A DNA stretch of 64,000 nt from contig PULQ01000060.1 of the NCBI GenBank assembly GCA_003552465.1, positions 108-64,107 of the forward strand. The letters are read 5' to 3'. Below, one piece after another: positions 46,642 through 57,774 of this stretch. The stretch's first letter is position 1. Each line of letters starts with the position of its first letter. The stretch comes from Dehalococcoidia bacterium. Its GTDB lineage: Bacteria; Chloroflexota; Dehalococcoidia; GIF9; AB-539-J10. The position numbers were made by a program, and so were the translations under genes. The notes under the pieces were generated by a model, which was not told the origin of the DNA, made no database searches, and saw only the letters and a list, made by a program, of their open reading frames with translations.

Positions 46642-47181
46642 TCACTCTGTCCGCTCAACGTAAAGGAACAGGAGCAGGGCGGCGATGCTCTTGGCGTCGC
46701 AGATCTCGCCCGATGCTATCAGTTGCTGTGTCTGTTGGCGGGGGACTCGGACCAGCTCTATGCTTTCCGTGTCCTCTGCCACCAGGCGGCTCGACACAAG
46801 GTCGGTAGCCAGAAAGCAGTGGAGGTACTCATCGCCGTAGCCAGGGATGGCATAGAACCCACCTAGCCTCTCTACTCTGCCTGGCAGATAGCCGATCTCC
46901 TCCTGCAGTTCACGGCGCACTGCGTCGAGAGGCTCTTCCCCGGGGTCGATCCCGCCGGCGGGGATCTCGAGCAGGAACCTGCCAACAGCGTAGCGAAACT
47001 GGCGGACAAGAAGCACCCTATCGTCTTCGTCAACCGCCACCACAGCTATGCACTCGCTGTGCTCCACCACCTCCCTGGCCGCCTCCCTGCCGCGCGCGGT
47101 CTCCACTGTGTCTACTCGCAGTCCTACCGCGTGCCCGCGATAGACCCGCCGGGTAGTGATCTTCTTCTCTGGCTTGAGCAT
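46642..47181 (-). CDS. NUDIX hydrolase (ADP-ribose pyrophosphatase-like)
   Basis: EIPAGGIDPGE...RRELQEEIG; RQFRY; DAKS. Confidence 0.92.
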   Translation of the reverse strand: MLKPEKKITTRRVYRGHAVGLRVDTVETARGREAAREVVEHSECIAVVAVDEDDRVLLVRQFRYAVGRFLLEIPAGGIDPGEEPLDAVRRELQEEIGYLPGRVERLGGFYAIPGYGDEYLHCFLATDLVSSRLVAEDTESIELVRVPRQQTQQLIASGEICDAKSIAALLLFLYVERTE

Positions 47182-47303
47182 CGGTTGGCTACGTCCTGTG
47201 ATGTTTCTGTATGGCCGGTTCATGGTCTTCGCTCACACGGGCCCGGAGGGTTGCCTGTTATCGGCAACGGTCGAGGACTTCTGATAACCCGCCGTCTCAG
47301 TCC

Positions 47304-48140
47304 TCATGAACCTCGGTACGAATCTCCGGTCGCTCCTCCCCTCAGTTTCGCGCCTATCAGGCTGTAGAAGTAGGATGGTTCGCGGACTCGGAAGAAGCGG
47401 ACCGTGTTGCTGCTCAGCCGTATAACCACACTCTGCCCCTCGGATAGCGGAACCTCTACCTGTCCATCGATGCACAGCACAACCCGGTCTCTGTGTGCAA
47501 CCCTGAGGTTGACAGTGCTCTGGGAAGGCAAGACCACTGCATGGCTCAACCCCAGGTGACAGGATATTGGCTGGAGGACGATGTCTCTGGATAGAGGATG
47601 CAGGATCGGTCCGCCGGCTGCAAGGGAGTAGGCTGTGCTTCCTGTCGCTGTAGCCGCAACGATGCCGTCGGCTCTGTAAGTCGCTATCTCGGTGCCGTCG
47701 ACCTCTGCCTGTATATTGACGAGACGGACGGCGCTACTGTGAAGCACCGCGTCATTCAGTGCGTGGAAGCTCTTATCTTCAACTACGGCCTCCACCATCG
47801 CTCTCTCCTCTATCCACCCGTTCCCACTTAGCAGTCCAGGCAGACTGGACAGGACTTCGTCGCCGCTGATCTCTGTTATGAAGCCCAGCTTACCCAGGTT
47901 TATGCCGAGGATGGCCACCGGCGAGGGGGTTACGATCCGGGCTGCTCGCAGTATGGTGCCGTCACCACCGATACTAAGGATCAGATCGGTTCCGGCCACT
48001 TGTGGCCTCGCTGTGTCCTCATCGTGCGTCGAGCACTCCCATGAAGATACTCCCCGTGAGGACAGCATTTCTTCGAGCTGATGAGACAGGGTTCTGGCTT
48101 TCTCCGATAGAGGGTGATAAAGGATGCCGATACGCTTCAC
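47304..48140 (-). CDS. nadK: NAD kinase
   Basis: GGDGT, GINLGKLGF, ND, ADG, TGSTAYSLAAGGP. Confidence 0.95.
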   Translation of the reverse strand: MKRIGILYHPLSEKARTLSHQLEEMLSSRGVSSWECSTHDEDTARPQVAGTDLILSIGGDGTILRAARIVTPSPVAILGINLGKLGFITEISGDEVLSSLPGLLSGNGWIEERAMVEAVVEDKSFHALNDAVLHSSAVRLVNIQAEVDGTEIATYRADGIVAATATGSTAYSLAAGGPILHPLSRDIVLQPISCHLGLSHAVVLPSQSTVNLRVAHRDRVVLCIDGQVEVPLSEGQSVVIRLSSNTVRFFRVREPSYFYSLIGAKLRGGATGDSYRGS

Positions 48141-48415
48141 AGACGAGCGCAGTCTAGCACCGGCCCGTTGTGCTGTCAAACGAACTGGCACGTGGTCCTA
48201 CGTGTAGTAGTGAGATCAATGCCTTGGTTGAGAGCACCGTGCCTGCAGTCTACGCCATGTGGCCCTGTCAGCCGGGGCGATTCTCGGGCCGATGCGCGGT
48301 AGTGGGCCGGACGTCCTTACCACTGCCGATTGCGGCGTGCCGGTCACCCGGGATTGTTGCGACCGCCAACAGGGCTTGGTACAATAGCCGCATTACCGAC
48401 AGCAGGGTCGCAGCC

Positions 48416-48925
48416 ATGATAGACTATCCGGTTCTAGTGCTTAACCAGAGCTATGAGCCCCTCAACCTCTGTCGCACGCGTCGAGCCATAGTACTCGTCT
48501 TCAGGGGCAAGGCTGAGGTTCTCGAGAACAGCAGGGGCGAAATGCGCTCTGTGAGAGAGATCTTCCAGATACCCTCCGTCATCCGTCTGGTCTATATGGT
48601 AACCCGTCCCCGACATGAGAGAAAGCTAAGCAGATATGAGGTGTTCAGTCGCGATCAGTACACTTGCCAGTACTGTGGTAAGCAGAGCAAAGAGCTTACA
48701 CTGGACCATGTCGTACCTCGGCGGTGGGGAGGTACGCACACCTGGGAGAACGTGGTAAGCGCCTGCATTCCCTGTAACAGGCGCAAGGGCGGACGCAACC
48801 CCGATGAGGCAAGGATGAAACTGCTTCGACAGCCCCGCTCTCCCCGGAACGATGGCTTCCACGTCCCGTACCACCTGCTCAGCAATCATGCTGAGTGGCA
48901 GAAGTATCTACCCTCCCTGAACTAG
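48416..48925 (+). CDS. HNH endonuclease (stand-alone family)
   Basis: VLVLNQSYEPL, RDQYTCQYCG, LDHVVP, WENVVSACIPCN. Confidence 0.92.
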   Translation: MIDYPVLVLNQSYEPLNLCRTRRAIVLVFRGKAEVLENSRGEMRSVREIFQIPSVIRLVYMVTRPRHERKLSRYEVFSRDQYTCQYCGKQSKELTLDHVVPRRWGGTHTWENVVSACIPCNRRKGGRNPDEARMKLLRQPRSPRNDGFHVPYHLLSNHAEWQKYLPSLN

Positions 48926-49693
48926 TTGATCGAGGGGTAGCTCGGCAATCGTCTCGTTCTCCAGACGCACGGTCACCGTCTCCTTCAGCAGGTTCGTGCC
49001 GATCACCGTGGCCTTGCCGCGTGGTGTCATGACCTCTTGTTTTAGTCTGGGCATCCTCTTCTTCACAGCGGCATACTCCTTGCTTTCGTACGACAGGCAG
49101 CAGAGAAGCCTTCCACATATGCCCGAGATCTTCATCGGATTCAGCGCGAGGCTCTGTTCCTTGGCCATCTTGATGGACACGGACGCAAAGCTGGTGAGGA
49201 AGTTCTGGCAACACAGCGGGTATCCGCACCTCCCCACGCTTCCGAGGAGTTTGGCCTCATCCCTCGGCCCGGCCTGCCTTAACTCAACCTTCATCTGCAG
49301 AGCCTGACTCAGTCTGCGGACCAGTTCCCGGAAGTCGATCCTCTCCTGGGCGCTGAAGAACACTGTCAGGCGCTCGCTGTCAAGATCGTGGCGAACCAGC
49401 AGGGGCTTCATCTCCAGGCCTAGTTCAGCTGCCATTTCTGCGCATCTGTTCAGGGCTTCTTCTCTGAGCTTCAGACTGGCTAGCTCCAGATCGTCTGCCT
49501 CGGCAAGGCGCACTATGTTCAACGATTGCTCATCAGACCGGGTTCTGGCTTCCAGCGTAACGACCTTTGCCACATCCGGCCCCTGGTCGGTATCAACGAC
49601 CACATGATCATCTACCTGCAGCGGCAGATCATCAGCGTCGCAGCTGACTACTCGTCCCCTGGAGCGGAATCTGACTCCGACTTTCTTAGTCAT
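48908..49693 (-). CDS. ricT: PSP1/RicT (YaaT) family protein
   Basis: RIDFRELV, GRCGYPLCC, MAKEQ, SGICGRLLCCLSYE. Confidence 0.9.
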   Translation of the reverse strand: MTKKVGVRFRSRGRVVSCDADDLPLQVDDHVVVDTDQGPDVAKVVTLEARTRSDEQSLNIVRLAEADDLELASLKLREEALNRCAEMAAELGLEMKPLLVRHDLDSERLTVFFSAQERIDFRELVRRLSQALQMKVELRQAGPRDEAKLLGSVGRCGYPLCCQNFLTSFASVSIKMAKEQSLALNPMKISGICGRLLCCLSYESKEYAAVKKRMPRLKQEVMTPRGKATVIGTNLLKETVTVRLENETIAELPLDQLVQGG

Positions 49694-49724
49694 CGTTGTC
49701 TATTATGGACCCTCCAGGCCCTCT

Positions 49725-50750
49725 TCACAAGTGTGCGGCGATGTTCCCTCTCCGGGCGCGTGTTCTGGTAGATGCTGGTAGATCGAGCATGAGAGATTCC
49801 ATTGCCAGACGCGGATTGATGTTCCTCGAGACCTCCTGTTGAAGGGAACAGAGTCGGGAGAGAAATCGTCTGATATCGAGCAGGTCCAGGCACCCTGCTT
49901 GTTCCTCCAGTGCTTCCAGGTGCTCGTTGTTCACGACTGCCTCGCTATAGCCCCCTCTGACAAGCATCAGGTCACGCCACCAATCCAACCAGACCTGCAT
50001 TGTCTCTGCCGCGGCCCGACGGTTGGCACTGAACTGGGTTGCCAGTTCCTGGGCGTAGGCGAACCTTTCCGACAGATCGGCCGCCAGCAGGCTGGATAGT
50101 CTCGTCACATCTTGCGAACGTTGCTCCAGCATATCATCATCGGACAGTGCTGCCAGAGCCCAGCCAAGACAGCCATGACAGAGGTGGCTGAGGAGCTTCG
50201 CTCTATCAGGGTCAACTCCGTACGAACTGACGAGCACCTCCTGTACCCTTTGAGGTGGCACAGGTCTTAGCTCCAGTCGCTGACAGCGGGATAAGACTGT
50301 TGGTAGTAGACGGTCCTCATCGGCAGCCAGCAACAACCAGGCCACCCTTTGCGGTGGCTCCTCCAATATCTTGAGCAGGGCATTGGCCGCTTCGGTGGAC
50401 AGGTATTCCGCGCCATCGATGATGAACGCTTTGCACTTACCCTCGTATGGTGGCAGGCTGGCCATTCGCTGCAGTCCGCGTATGTCCTCGATACCGATCT
50501 CGGTACGAGAATCCAGGCCGGTGACCGTGACGTCTGCGTGCTTACCCTCCAGTATGCGCCGGCACGACCTGCATTGTCCGCAGGGAACTCCGGGCCCCTC
50601 GCAGTTTAAGGCGCAGGCAAGATCCAGAGCCAGGGTGCCCTTGCCTATGTGCCTGGGCCCTACGAGAAGATATGCGTGGGCTATGCCGTTGCCTGCAAGG
50701 CTGTAGTCAAGCAAGGATACGATCCTGTCCTGGCCGATTACCCTCCACAT
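49725..50750 (-). CDS. holB: DNA polymerase III subunit delta'
   Basis: HAYLLVGP, Zn motif C...CGQCRSC, HAD, NALLKILEEPP, SRC. Confidence 0.94.
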   Translation of the reverse strand: MWRVIGQDRIVSLLDYSLAGNGIAHAYLLVGPRHIGKGTLALDLACALNCEGPGVPCGQCRSCRRILEGKHADVTVTGLDSRTEIGIEDIRGLQRMASLPPYEGKCKAFIIDGAEYLSTEAANALLKILEEPPQRVAWLLLAADEDRLLPTVLSRCQRLELRPVPPQRVQEVLVSSYGVDPDRAKLLSHLCHGCLGWALAALSDDDMLEQRSQDVTRLSSLLAADLSERFAYAQELATQFSANRRAAAETMQVWLDWWRDLMLVRGGYSEAVVNNEHLEALEEQAGCLDLLDIRRFLSRLCSLQQEVSRNINPRLAMESLMLDLPASTRTRARRGNIAAHL

Positions 50751-51085
50751 TTCAGTCTGGCTCCACCTGCGCAGTACATCTACGGTCTTGCCAGCCGAAC
50801 GGGATGTGCCCTCTCTCCTCCTGGCCCCAGCCGCAGGCTGCCTGAGGACGGCACCGGAGTGGCTCTATATCTCGGCAGAGGCAGCCTGTATCAGGCGGGA
50901 AACCGTTCAACTCGGCTCGTAATGGTAGCCTGTAACGCTGCGGCAAGTCAAAGTGCCGAACCTGCCATCGGTGGCTGCTTCAGATGCGCTTTGGACGGTC
51001 TGACTGTGCTTTGCTACAATGTGTGACGCAGACAAGAATACGCGCCGTGAGGATCGACACCGATCGGTGATATGGGAGGCCTGGC

Positions 51086-52063
51086 ATGGAGCAGTCCACT
51101 GCACACGATGTTGCGACCAGAATAATCGAGAACATAGAGAAGGTAATCATAGGAAAGAGGCGAGAGGTGGAGATGGCGGTGATTGCCCTGCTGAGTCAGG
51201 GCCATGTCCTGGTGGAGGATGTGCCGGGAGTTGGCAAGACGATGCTGGGCAAGAGCCTGGCCAGGTCGATAGACTGCGTGTTCCGGAGGATTCAGCTTAC
51301 GCCGGACATGCTGCCCTCCGACGTCACAGGTGTGTCGGTGTTCAACCAGCAGACCCGCGAGTTCGAGTTCCGCCCTGGCCCCATCCTGGGGCAGATCGTG
51401 CTGGCAGACGAGATCAACAGGGCTACGCCCAAGACCCAGTCGGCGTTGCTTGAGGCTATGGAGGAGCACCAGGTTACCGTGGACGGGATAACCCATAGCA
51501 TCGATCGTCCCTTCATGGTTATCGCGACCGAAAATCCTATCGAGTATGAAGGAGTCTTTCCTCTGCCGGAGGCACAACTCGATCGATTCATGGTTCGGAT
51601 ACAACTGGGTTATCCTTCATTCGAAGATGAGGTATCGATAATGGATAGCCAGCGGGTGCGTCATCCCATCGACAGCCTTGACGCGGTCGCGAGTGCAGAC
51701 GAGGTGAACGGGGCGCAGGAAGCCGTCAAGGAGGTCTTCGTTCACGATCAGATGAAACGGTACATAGTATCACTGGTGCATGCGACACGATCACATGACG
51801 ATGCAGCCCTCGGTGCCTCGCCTCGGGCATCGCTTGCCCTCTTTCGGGGCTGTCAGGCGCTGGCGCTGCTGCGGGGACGGGACTATGTCCTGCCGGATGA
51901 TGTCAAGGAGCTGGCGGTTACGGTGATGGGGCACCGGGTGATAATAACGCCTGCGGCCCGTATGAAGAGGGTTGAAACAGGTCGCATCGTGGAGGAGGCG
52001 CTGGACAGTGTGGTAGTGCCGGGAGGCAAGTCAGCCGACTGGATTAGTGGGAGCCGAACCTGA
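51086..52063 (+). CDS. moxR: MoxR-family AAA+ ATPase
   Basis: [36 protein letters not shown]. Confidence 0.95.
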   Translation: MEQSTAHDVATRIIENIEKVIIGKRREVEMAVIALLSQGHVLVEDVPGVGKTMLGKSLARSIDCVFRRIQLTPDMLPSDVTGVSVFNQQTREFEFRPGPILGQIVLADEINRATPKTQSALLEAMEEHQVTVDGITHSIDRPFMVIATENPIEYEGVFPLPEAQLDRFMVRIQLGYPSFEDEVSIMDSQRVRHPIDSLDAVASADEVNGAQEAVKEVFVHDQMKRYIVSLVHATRSHDDAALGASPRASLALFRGCQALALLRGRDYVLPDDVKELAVTVMGHRVIITPAARMKRVETGRIVEEALDSVVVPGGKSADWISGSRT

Positions 52064-52143
52064 GAGGCGGACCCTGCATAGATGCCGGTCTCTCAGGAGA
52101 CCGATGATCTAAGGGTTGTGTGTACCGGAATCACTGGCTGGCT

Positions 52144-54762
52144 TCAGCGCAATCTGCCGGGTAGTAGACCTCGGAGTGCACGACGGATGAGATGGTTGCG
52201 TACCGGTGGCCATGCCTCGGCGACCTTGCGCCTGTCCTCGTCGGTAATGCCATGTTGCCCGTAGCAACTGCGCACATAAGTGTCCACGATTCTCTCAAGT
52301 GATGTCGATACCTGCGGCGCAGCGGTAGTCAACCTGCTGCCGTATTCATTAGGAGTCAGGTTGTCCTGGGGGCCCAATCCGCTGAGCGCAGCAAGGTAGC
52401 CCGTTCTTGAGTATGCAAGTCGAGGCTCAGTCGTCTCCCCGAACAGACGCCTCCGCGCCAGCCAGAAGGCGAGGCCGAGTGCCGTCAATCCGGTGGCTAC
52501 TCCCAGTGGTAGGAGGAACTGACGCATGTCCCTTCGATCCGGCTGTGTCTCTCCTGGAGCTGGGTGGGTATGGGCCGTATCATCGTCAGGAGGGTCTGTA
52601 GGCAGCCCGGGGAAGATTCCCGGCTCATCTCCTCTTTCGGGAGCGATCTCCCTCTCACCTCCTCCGTCCTCGGATGGCAACCCTGCCAGGTCCTCTCCGG
52701 TGATGATGGTGTAGCCAGGTGTGGGTTCAAATGGTATCCAGCCGTATTCGGGGAAGAAGACCTCGCACCAGGCGTGGCTGTTATTCGCGAAGAAGGAGCG
52801 ATGTTGACCATGTGAGCCGTTGACAGGGTGCTCGGTGGCGCTGTCATCCGAGTCGTCCATCAGTCCCTCAGCCACATACCCTGCCACAAAGCGTGACGGC
52901 ACTCCGCGTGCGCGCAGCATCACGGTCATGGCAGATGCGAAATGGGTGCAGTATCCCTTCTCTAGCTCAAAGAGGAAGTATTCGACCGCGTCGGCACCAT
53001 GCGGTGGTGCTGTTACATCCAGTGCGTATTCGAGCGTTCTCAGATAGTCACGAATCGCGACAGCCATTTCATACGGAGTCTCAGCGTCGCTTGTGAGTTC
53101 CCATGCCAGGTTGGCGACACCAGATGGCGTGTCCTCGGGAAGCTGGAGATATGTGTCCGTGATCCAGCCGGGATAGTCGGTGCCTGCAGCGATCAGATCA
53201 CCCTCGCTGGCTGTAGATACGAGCACTGAGGTCTCGTACGATTCTCCCGAAGCAAGCGAATCCGCCGCGAGTATTGAGACTATGGCCAGGGGCGACGGGA
53301 TATGTCGTTCTACTGTTACCTGAGTAGCCTGTCCTCCTGTGAAGTCTTTAGACACCAGACTGACGTCGGGGGGCAGCACAGACACGATGTCCCGTGATGT
53401 GAGTGCATGATCAGAGGCATCGGACATCTCCTGTAGCCGCAACTGTGCCTGCTGAAGGTCATCCGGCAAGCCTTCCGCATCGCCGGGGGTGTCAGGCTGG
53501 CTCCCGACAATCGATAGGTGGTAACGAGGAGATTGCAGCGCCTCGATAGTATGGCCAACCGATATGTCGACTGGGTAGCCACCTATGAAGATGGGTTCAC
53601 CCTGCCCGATCGGTAACATAGTCGTCACCCTAACATCGATCTCACGCGTGTGCATGAGCCCGGTATCCAGCCCGGACCCGAACCTCGACCCCGGAGACGT
53701 CGAATATGTCGGGCTCGTTTGCCACCCACGGTGATCGTACACATCGTAGTGTCTGGCCGTCAGGTAGATTGCTGTAGGAGCTGTGACGATGATGGCCGGC
53801 TCATCTCTCAGAGACGCGGCCCCCCCAATGGTCTGTACTGGTCGGAAAGAATGAACCTCAGCCGGCCTGGTGGGAGGGGTGCCGCCCAGGGTTCTGTAGA
53901 GGTCGAATGCAATCAACTGGACCGGTCTGGTTGCTGCGTTCCATGCTCCAGTCATGGAGTCAAACGTAGTTGCTCTGATCGGTAGCAGCGACGCAACAAG
54001 TACCACTACCACGGCAAACCACAGGCCATCCGGCGCGCGCAGCTTAGACCTGCGCGGGAAGTGCTGGATACCTCTGCGCTCCCAGTTACGGTTGCGCTGC
54101 AGCGTATACAGGCGGGCTGCCAGAAGCAGGGCTGAGAAGAGGTAAAGGTACAGGTATAGCTCTGGCTCTCTGGGAAGCATTGTGGTGAGGCTGGCTATCA
54201 CGATCGTTCCGCAAGGAATCAGTGTTCCCCACATATTGCGTTTTCTGAATAGAGACCATGAACTGATGAAACCCGCGGTCCATGACGCAAAGAGAAGGGA
54301 GAAGCTCAGTGGTAGCCACTCGCGCGATGGTGCTTCGCTTGCGATCCCCTGCCACCATGTGGATAAACGGGCTGCGGTATCTGCATGCCGGTCGAGGGCA
54401 GTTGCACCCTCGCTCAGTGTCGTGAGGTAGTAGAAACTCAGATAAAGCCCCACCAGGAGTCCGCCTGTAACCAGCGGCCAGCCACGGAGGGGGATCTTTG
54501 CCAGCACCAGGCCGAGCAGTACGCTCCACAGGGCGATGCTGTACAGTCCGGGTGTCGGAGTTGGGTGAGCGATCCTGAGTGACCAGAAGGCCACCATTAC
54601 CGAGATGAGGAGCAGCAGAAAGGTTGTCCAGCCTTCCGCCGGCCCCATCACGAGACGCCATAATAGGGTCTTTGCGTACCGTGCGGCAACCAGTGTACCG
54701 TGTTTGACACGCAGGAGTACCTTATATGCTATTGTGGTCAGTAGTATCGTTCTCGGCTTCAT
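52144..54762 (-). CDS. Membrane transglutaminase-like protein (TgpA-like)
   Basis: N-terminal TMs, GYCTHFASAM, HAWCEV, FEPTP, C-terminal TM; start uncertain. Confidence 0.88.
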   Translation of the reverse strand: MKPRTILLTTIAYKVLLRVKHGTLVAARYAKTLLWRLVMGPAEGWTTFLLLLISVMVAFWSLRIAHPTPTPGLYSIALWSVLLGLVLAKIPLRGWPLVTGGLLVGLYLSFYYLTTLSEGATALDRHADTAARLSTWWQGIASEAPSREWLPLSFSLLFASWTAGFISSWSLFRKRNMWGTLIPCGTIVIASLTTMLPREPELYLYLYLFSALLLAARLYTLQRNRNWERRGIQHFPRRSKLRAPDGLWFAVVVVLVASLLPIRATTFDSMTGAWNAATRPVQLIAFDLYRTLGGTPPTRPAEVHSFRPVQTIGGAASLRDEPAIIVTAPTAIYLTARHYDVYDHRGWQTSPTYSTSPGSRFGSGLDTGLMHTREIDVRVTTMLPIGQGEPIFIGGYPVDISVGHTIEALQSPRYHLSIVGSQPDTPGDAEGLPDDLQQAQLRLQEMSDASDHALTSRDIVSVLPPDVSLVSKDFTGGQATQVTVERHIPSPLAIVSILAADSLASGESYETSVLVSTASEGDLIAAGTDYPGWITDTYLQLPEDTPSGVANLAWELTSDAETPYEMAVAIRDYLRTLEYALDVTAPPHGADAVEYFLFELEKGYCTHFASAMTVMLRARGVPSRFVAGYVAEGLMDDSDDSATEHPVNGSHGQHRSFFANNSHAWCEVFFPEYGWIPFEPTPGYTIITGEDLAGLPSEDGGGEREIAPERGDEPGIFPGLPTDPPDDDTAHTHPAPGETQPDRRDMRQFLLPLGVATGLTALGLAFWLARRRLFGETTEPRLAYSRTGYLAALSGLGPQDNLTPNEYGSRLTTAAPQVSTSLERIVDTYVRSCYGQHGITDEDRRKVAEAWPPVRNHLIRRALRGLLPGRLR

Positions 54763-54774
54763 CTCAACACCATT

Positions 54775-56097
54775 CTAGGCCTCTAACACCGGCGTTAGCA
54801 GAGATGTATCGGACAGCTCTGCTACGGTCGTCGGATGAGATAGCGCACGGGAGACGTTGTCTCCGCTCCGCACAATGTAGGACTTAATGCCTGTGCTCAT
54901 GAGTCTTGAACCTGCCTCGGCGCACGATCGTTCTCCTCCGAAGCTCAACGGGTCGACAAGAACTACTGCAATGCTAAGGCCGAGGTACTGGAGATGCTGA
55001 AGCTCCGATACCCAGTCAGTCTCCGCAGATGAAGTGATGACGATGGTCGAGGCCAATCTCCCGATCTTGGGCGAGTTTTCCACAAGCACTTCTTTGAGAG
55101 AGACAGTGCCCTCCGTCTTGGACAGGGCCAGGGTCTCCAGTAGCCTGGACATCTGTGTAGCACCTCCAGAAGGAGCCAGCACGTATTCGTGGTCGCCGTA
55201 TGCGATCAGCCCGGCCGAGCACTGTTGCGACAGGGCGAAGCCTGCTATGGATGCTGCAACTGTCACAGCACATTCATCGGTTCTCTGGTTCTCGCTTATC
55301 CAGTGCGTGCTACGGTCGAGATCGAGGATTATCCACACATCGCTTGATTTCCCGGAGTCGAAGTCCTTCGACATCAACTGTCCGTGCCTTGCGGTTGATG
55401 GCCAGTGAATCCGATTCAGGCCGTCCCCGTGGCTGTAATCCCGTACACTGCTTGCCTGGGCACTCCGGGTGTGAAGGTGAAGGGGTGCCCTCTCCTCTCC
55501 GGACAGATCTGCCACCGGCAACTCGAATCCCGTCAGTTCAACGACGCGTGGGTAGACTACCACTGTGACAGGATGAGTATGGGTCGTCTGCATGCGAAAG
55601 AGACCTAAGGGATCGCTGCTATGTGCAACTAGTGGCCCAATCGTGTAGACTCCCCTCGAACGACATAACACTTCTGTTGTCCACTGCTCCCATCCCCGTG
55701 CCGGCAGTCGAGTGGCACCTTCACACACATGTCCGGGCATGTCACTGGCCAGCCCTATCTCCACCCAACCAGTGGGAATAAACGAGTCATTATGTACGCA
55801 GATAGACCCTGCTAATACTTCTCCGACCTGTCCAACCAGGCCCTGTTCCTCCATCCACATGTCGACACGTCGCAGATTTATCCATGTCCAGACATAGCAG
55901 GCGGCTATCGCAACGATAAGGAAGTACCCGAAACGGTAGAGAACCACCTCACCGGTGGCCGGGGCAATGAGCAAGACGATGGCCAGGATAGCAAGCATTC
56001 CTCTGCCTCTTGGAGTGGTCTGGGCATGAAACCGGGACAGCGCAGCTCGTATCATCTGCACAGGCAGGTACAGTCTTGCGGTCAATCCTCTGAGCAT
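54775..56097 (-). CDS. DUF58-family protein
   Basis: SDPLGLF, VYPR, VRDYSHGD...IHWPSTAR...LMSKDF; start uncertain. Confidence 0.88.
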   Translation of the reverse strand: MLRGLTARLYLPVQMIRAALSRFHAQTTPRGRGMLAILAIVLLIAPATGEVVLYRFGYFLIVAIAACYVWTWINLRRVDMWMEEQGLVGQVGEVLAGSICVHNDSFIPTGWVEIGLASDMPGHVCEGATRLPARGWEQWTTEVLCRSRGVYTIGPLVAHSSDPLGLFRMQTTHTHPVTVVVYPRVVELTGFELPVADLSGEERAPLHLHTRSAQASSVRDYSHGDGLNRIHWPSTARHGQLMSKDFDSGKSSDVWIILDLDRSTHWISENQRTDECAVTVAASIAGFALSQQCSAGLIAYGDHEYVLAPSGGATQMSRLLETLALSKTEGTVSLKEVLVENSPKIGRLASTIVITSSAETDWVSELQHLQYLGLSIAVVLVDPLSFGGERSCAEAGSRLMSTGIKSYIVRSGDNVSRALSHPTTVAELSDTSLLTPVLEA

Positions 56098-56325
56098 GTT
56101 ACTCGTCCCTGTATATAGTATAACGCATGTTGTGGCTAAAGGTTGCATTGCTCAGGTTGGCTGAGGCATCTGCCAGTCTGCCTCGCTAAGGCCGGTCGCC
56201 CTTTCGGGATTAGATGGGCTGGATTCCTTGCGTTACCTCACGGCGTCTGCTCGAACCTCACACTCACCCGGGTGAAGGCATGTGTGGTTCCGGCGGAAAG
56301 TGTTCGGCGGGTCAATCCACGAGGT

Positions 56326-57165
56326 TCACTCTGCTCTGACAGGGTCCTCTTCGTGTGCCTTCGAGAGATCGATCAGTCCTCTTCTCTCACAGGCCTCTAT
56401 GCACTTGTGGCACTGAGTGCACTTATCCTGTATGATCTGAACTATGCCCTGCTCCTTGTTCCACTCCATGGCGTCATGCTCGCAAGCCTTCAGGCACTTC
56501 CGACAACGAATACAGCCGAGTTCACACTTCTCTCGGCCCGGGATGTCCCGCAACGGCCGGTAACTACACAGGAGTACGATCTTTGTTCCTGCCGGGACCA
56601 GTTCGATCAGGTTGTGTGGGCACTCAGCAACGCAGAGCCCGCATCCGGTGCACCTGCTCTGGTCCACCAGTGCTATGTTCTTGTCAGGGTCGATAGATAT
56701 CGCGTCCTGGGGACAAACGGCAGCGCAGTCACCGAGGCCCATGCAGGCATAGGGGCACCTCTTGTATCCACCGAGGATCTGGGCGGCCGCTTTGCACGTC
56801 ATGGCACCGCTGTATTCACATATGACCTCCGAGTTGCCGGCGCAGTGAATGACGGCCTTTCTGCTCAACTCCGAGGCATCCAGAGTTACGCCCAGAGCCT
56901 TCTCCAGTTGTGCTACTCGCTCGGGATCATTCAGTGTCATTGAGCATGGAGACCTGGTGACGAGGTCGGGTTGTTGTGAAAGCGCCTGGGCATAGGCGAA
57001 ACAGCCCGGCTGGCCGCAGGCACCGCAGTTCGCTCCTGGCAGGATGGCGTTTATCTGCTCGGTCTTCTCCAGTCCCTTTACCTTCTGCGGTACCTTCACG
57101 AAAACAAGGTAGATGATAAGACCGCAGGCCAGTGCTATTCCGGCAAGAGCCGCGATGTGAGTCAT
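56326..57165 (-). CDS. rnfB: Rnf complex subunit B (polyferredoxin)
   Basis: LPGANCGACGQPGC plus several CxxCxxCxxxC clusters. Confidence 0.93.
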   Translation of the reverse strand: MTHIAALAGIALACGLIIYLVFVKVPQKVKGLEKTEQINAILPGANCGACGQPGCFAYAQALSQQPDLVTRSPCSMTLNDPERVAQLEKALGVTLDASELSRKAVIHCAGNSEVICEYSGAMTCKAAAQILGGYKRCPYACMGLGDCAAVCPQDAISIDPDKNIALVDQSRCTGCGLCVAECPHNLIELVPAGTKIVLLCSYRPLRDIPGREKCELGCIRCRKCLKACEHDAMEWNKEQGIVQIIQDKCTQCHKCIEACERRGLIDLSKAHEEDPVRAE

Positions 57166-57198
57166 ACTATCGTAAGCCCTCCCATTCGATGCTGTGCA

Positions 57199-57774
57199 TC
57201 ATACTATGCCCGAAAACCCGAAGAAGGCCAGACCCAGGAGCGTTGCCGTGATCAGCGCCACAGGTGCACCACGCATCGACTTAGGGGCATCAGCCAGGTC
57301 CAGCTTCTCCCGTATCCCTGCCATCACGGCCATGACCAGGGTGAAGCCGAGACCGGAGCCAAGTGCCGAGACAAGGCTGGCCAGGAGTGTGTAGTTCTCC
57401 ATCATGTTTATGATCGTGACACCGAGCACGGCGCAGTTGGTCGTGATGAGCGGAAGATATATGCCGAAGGCCGAATACAGTGCGAAGTTCGTCTTCTTGA
57501 TGAAGAGCTCTATCACCTGCACCAGCGAGGCGATCACGAGGATGAAGACTATGATGTACATGTACTCGATATTGAAGCGAATAAGTACGTAGTGGTTGAT
57601 GACCCACGTAGCCAGCGAGGCCACAAGCATGACGAAGGTCACCGCCATTCCCATACTGAAAGAGGGCTTCAGTTCGCGGGAGACGCCCAGGAACGGGCAT
57701 AGGCCCAGGTATCTCACCAGGATGATGTTGTTGATGAGAGCCATGCTCAGTAATATGACGATCAGTTCGCTCAT
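57199..57774 (-). CDS. rnfA: Rnf complex subunit A
   Basis: NNIILVRYLGLCPFLG, LPLITTNCAVLG. Confidence 0.95.
   Translation of the reverse strand: MSELIVILLSMALINNIILVRYLGLCPFLGVSRELKPSFSMGMAVTFVMLVASLATWVINHYVLIRFNIEYMYIIVFILVIASLVQVIELFIKKTNFALYSAFGIYLPLITTNCAVLGVTIINMMENYTLLASLVSALGSGLGFTLVMAVMAGIREKLDLADAPKSMRGAPVALITATLLGLAFFGFSGIV

Noticed and set aside
48416..48925. HNH protein as IscB/Cas9-like or defence nuclease
   Set aside because: Only 169 aa, no RuvC motifs, no adjacent array, ncRNA or methylase; matches the common stand-alone HNH family
50751..51085. 335-bp holB-moxR intergenic region as a possible ncRNA or tmk remnant
   Set aside because: No recognisable RNA motif, strong hairpin or thymidylate kinase motif by eye
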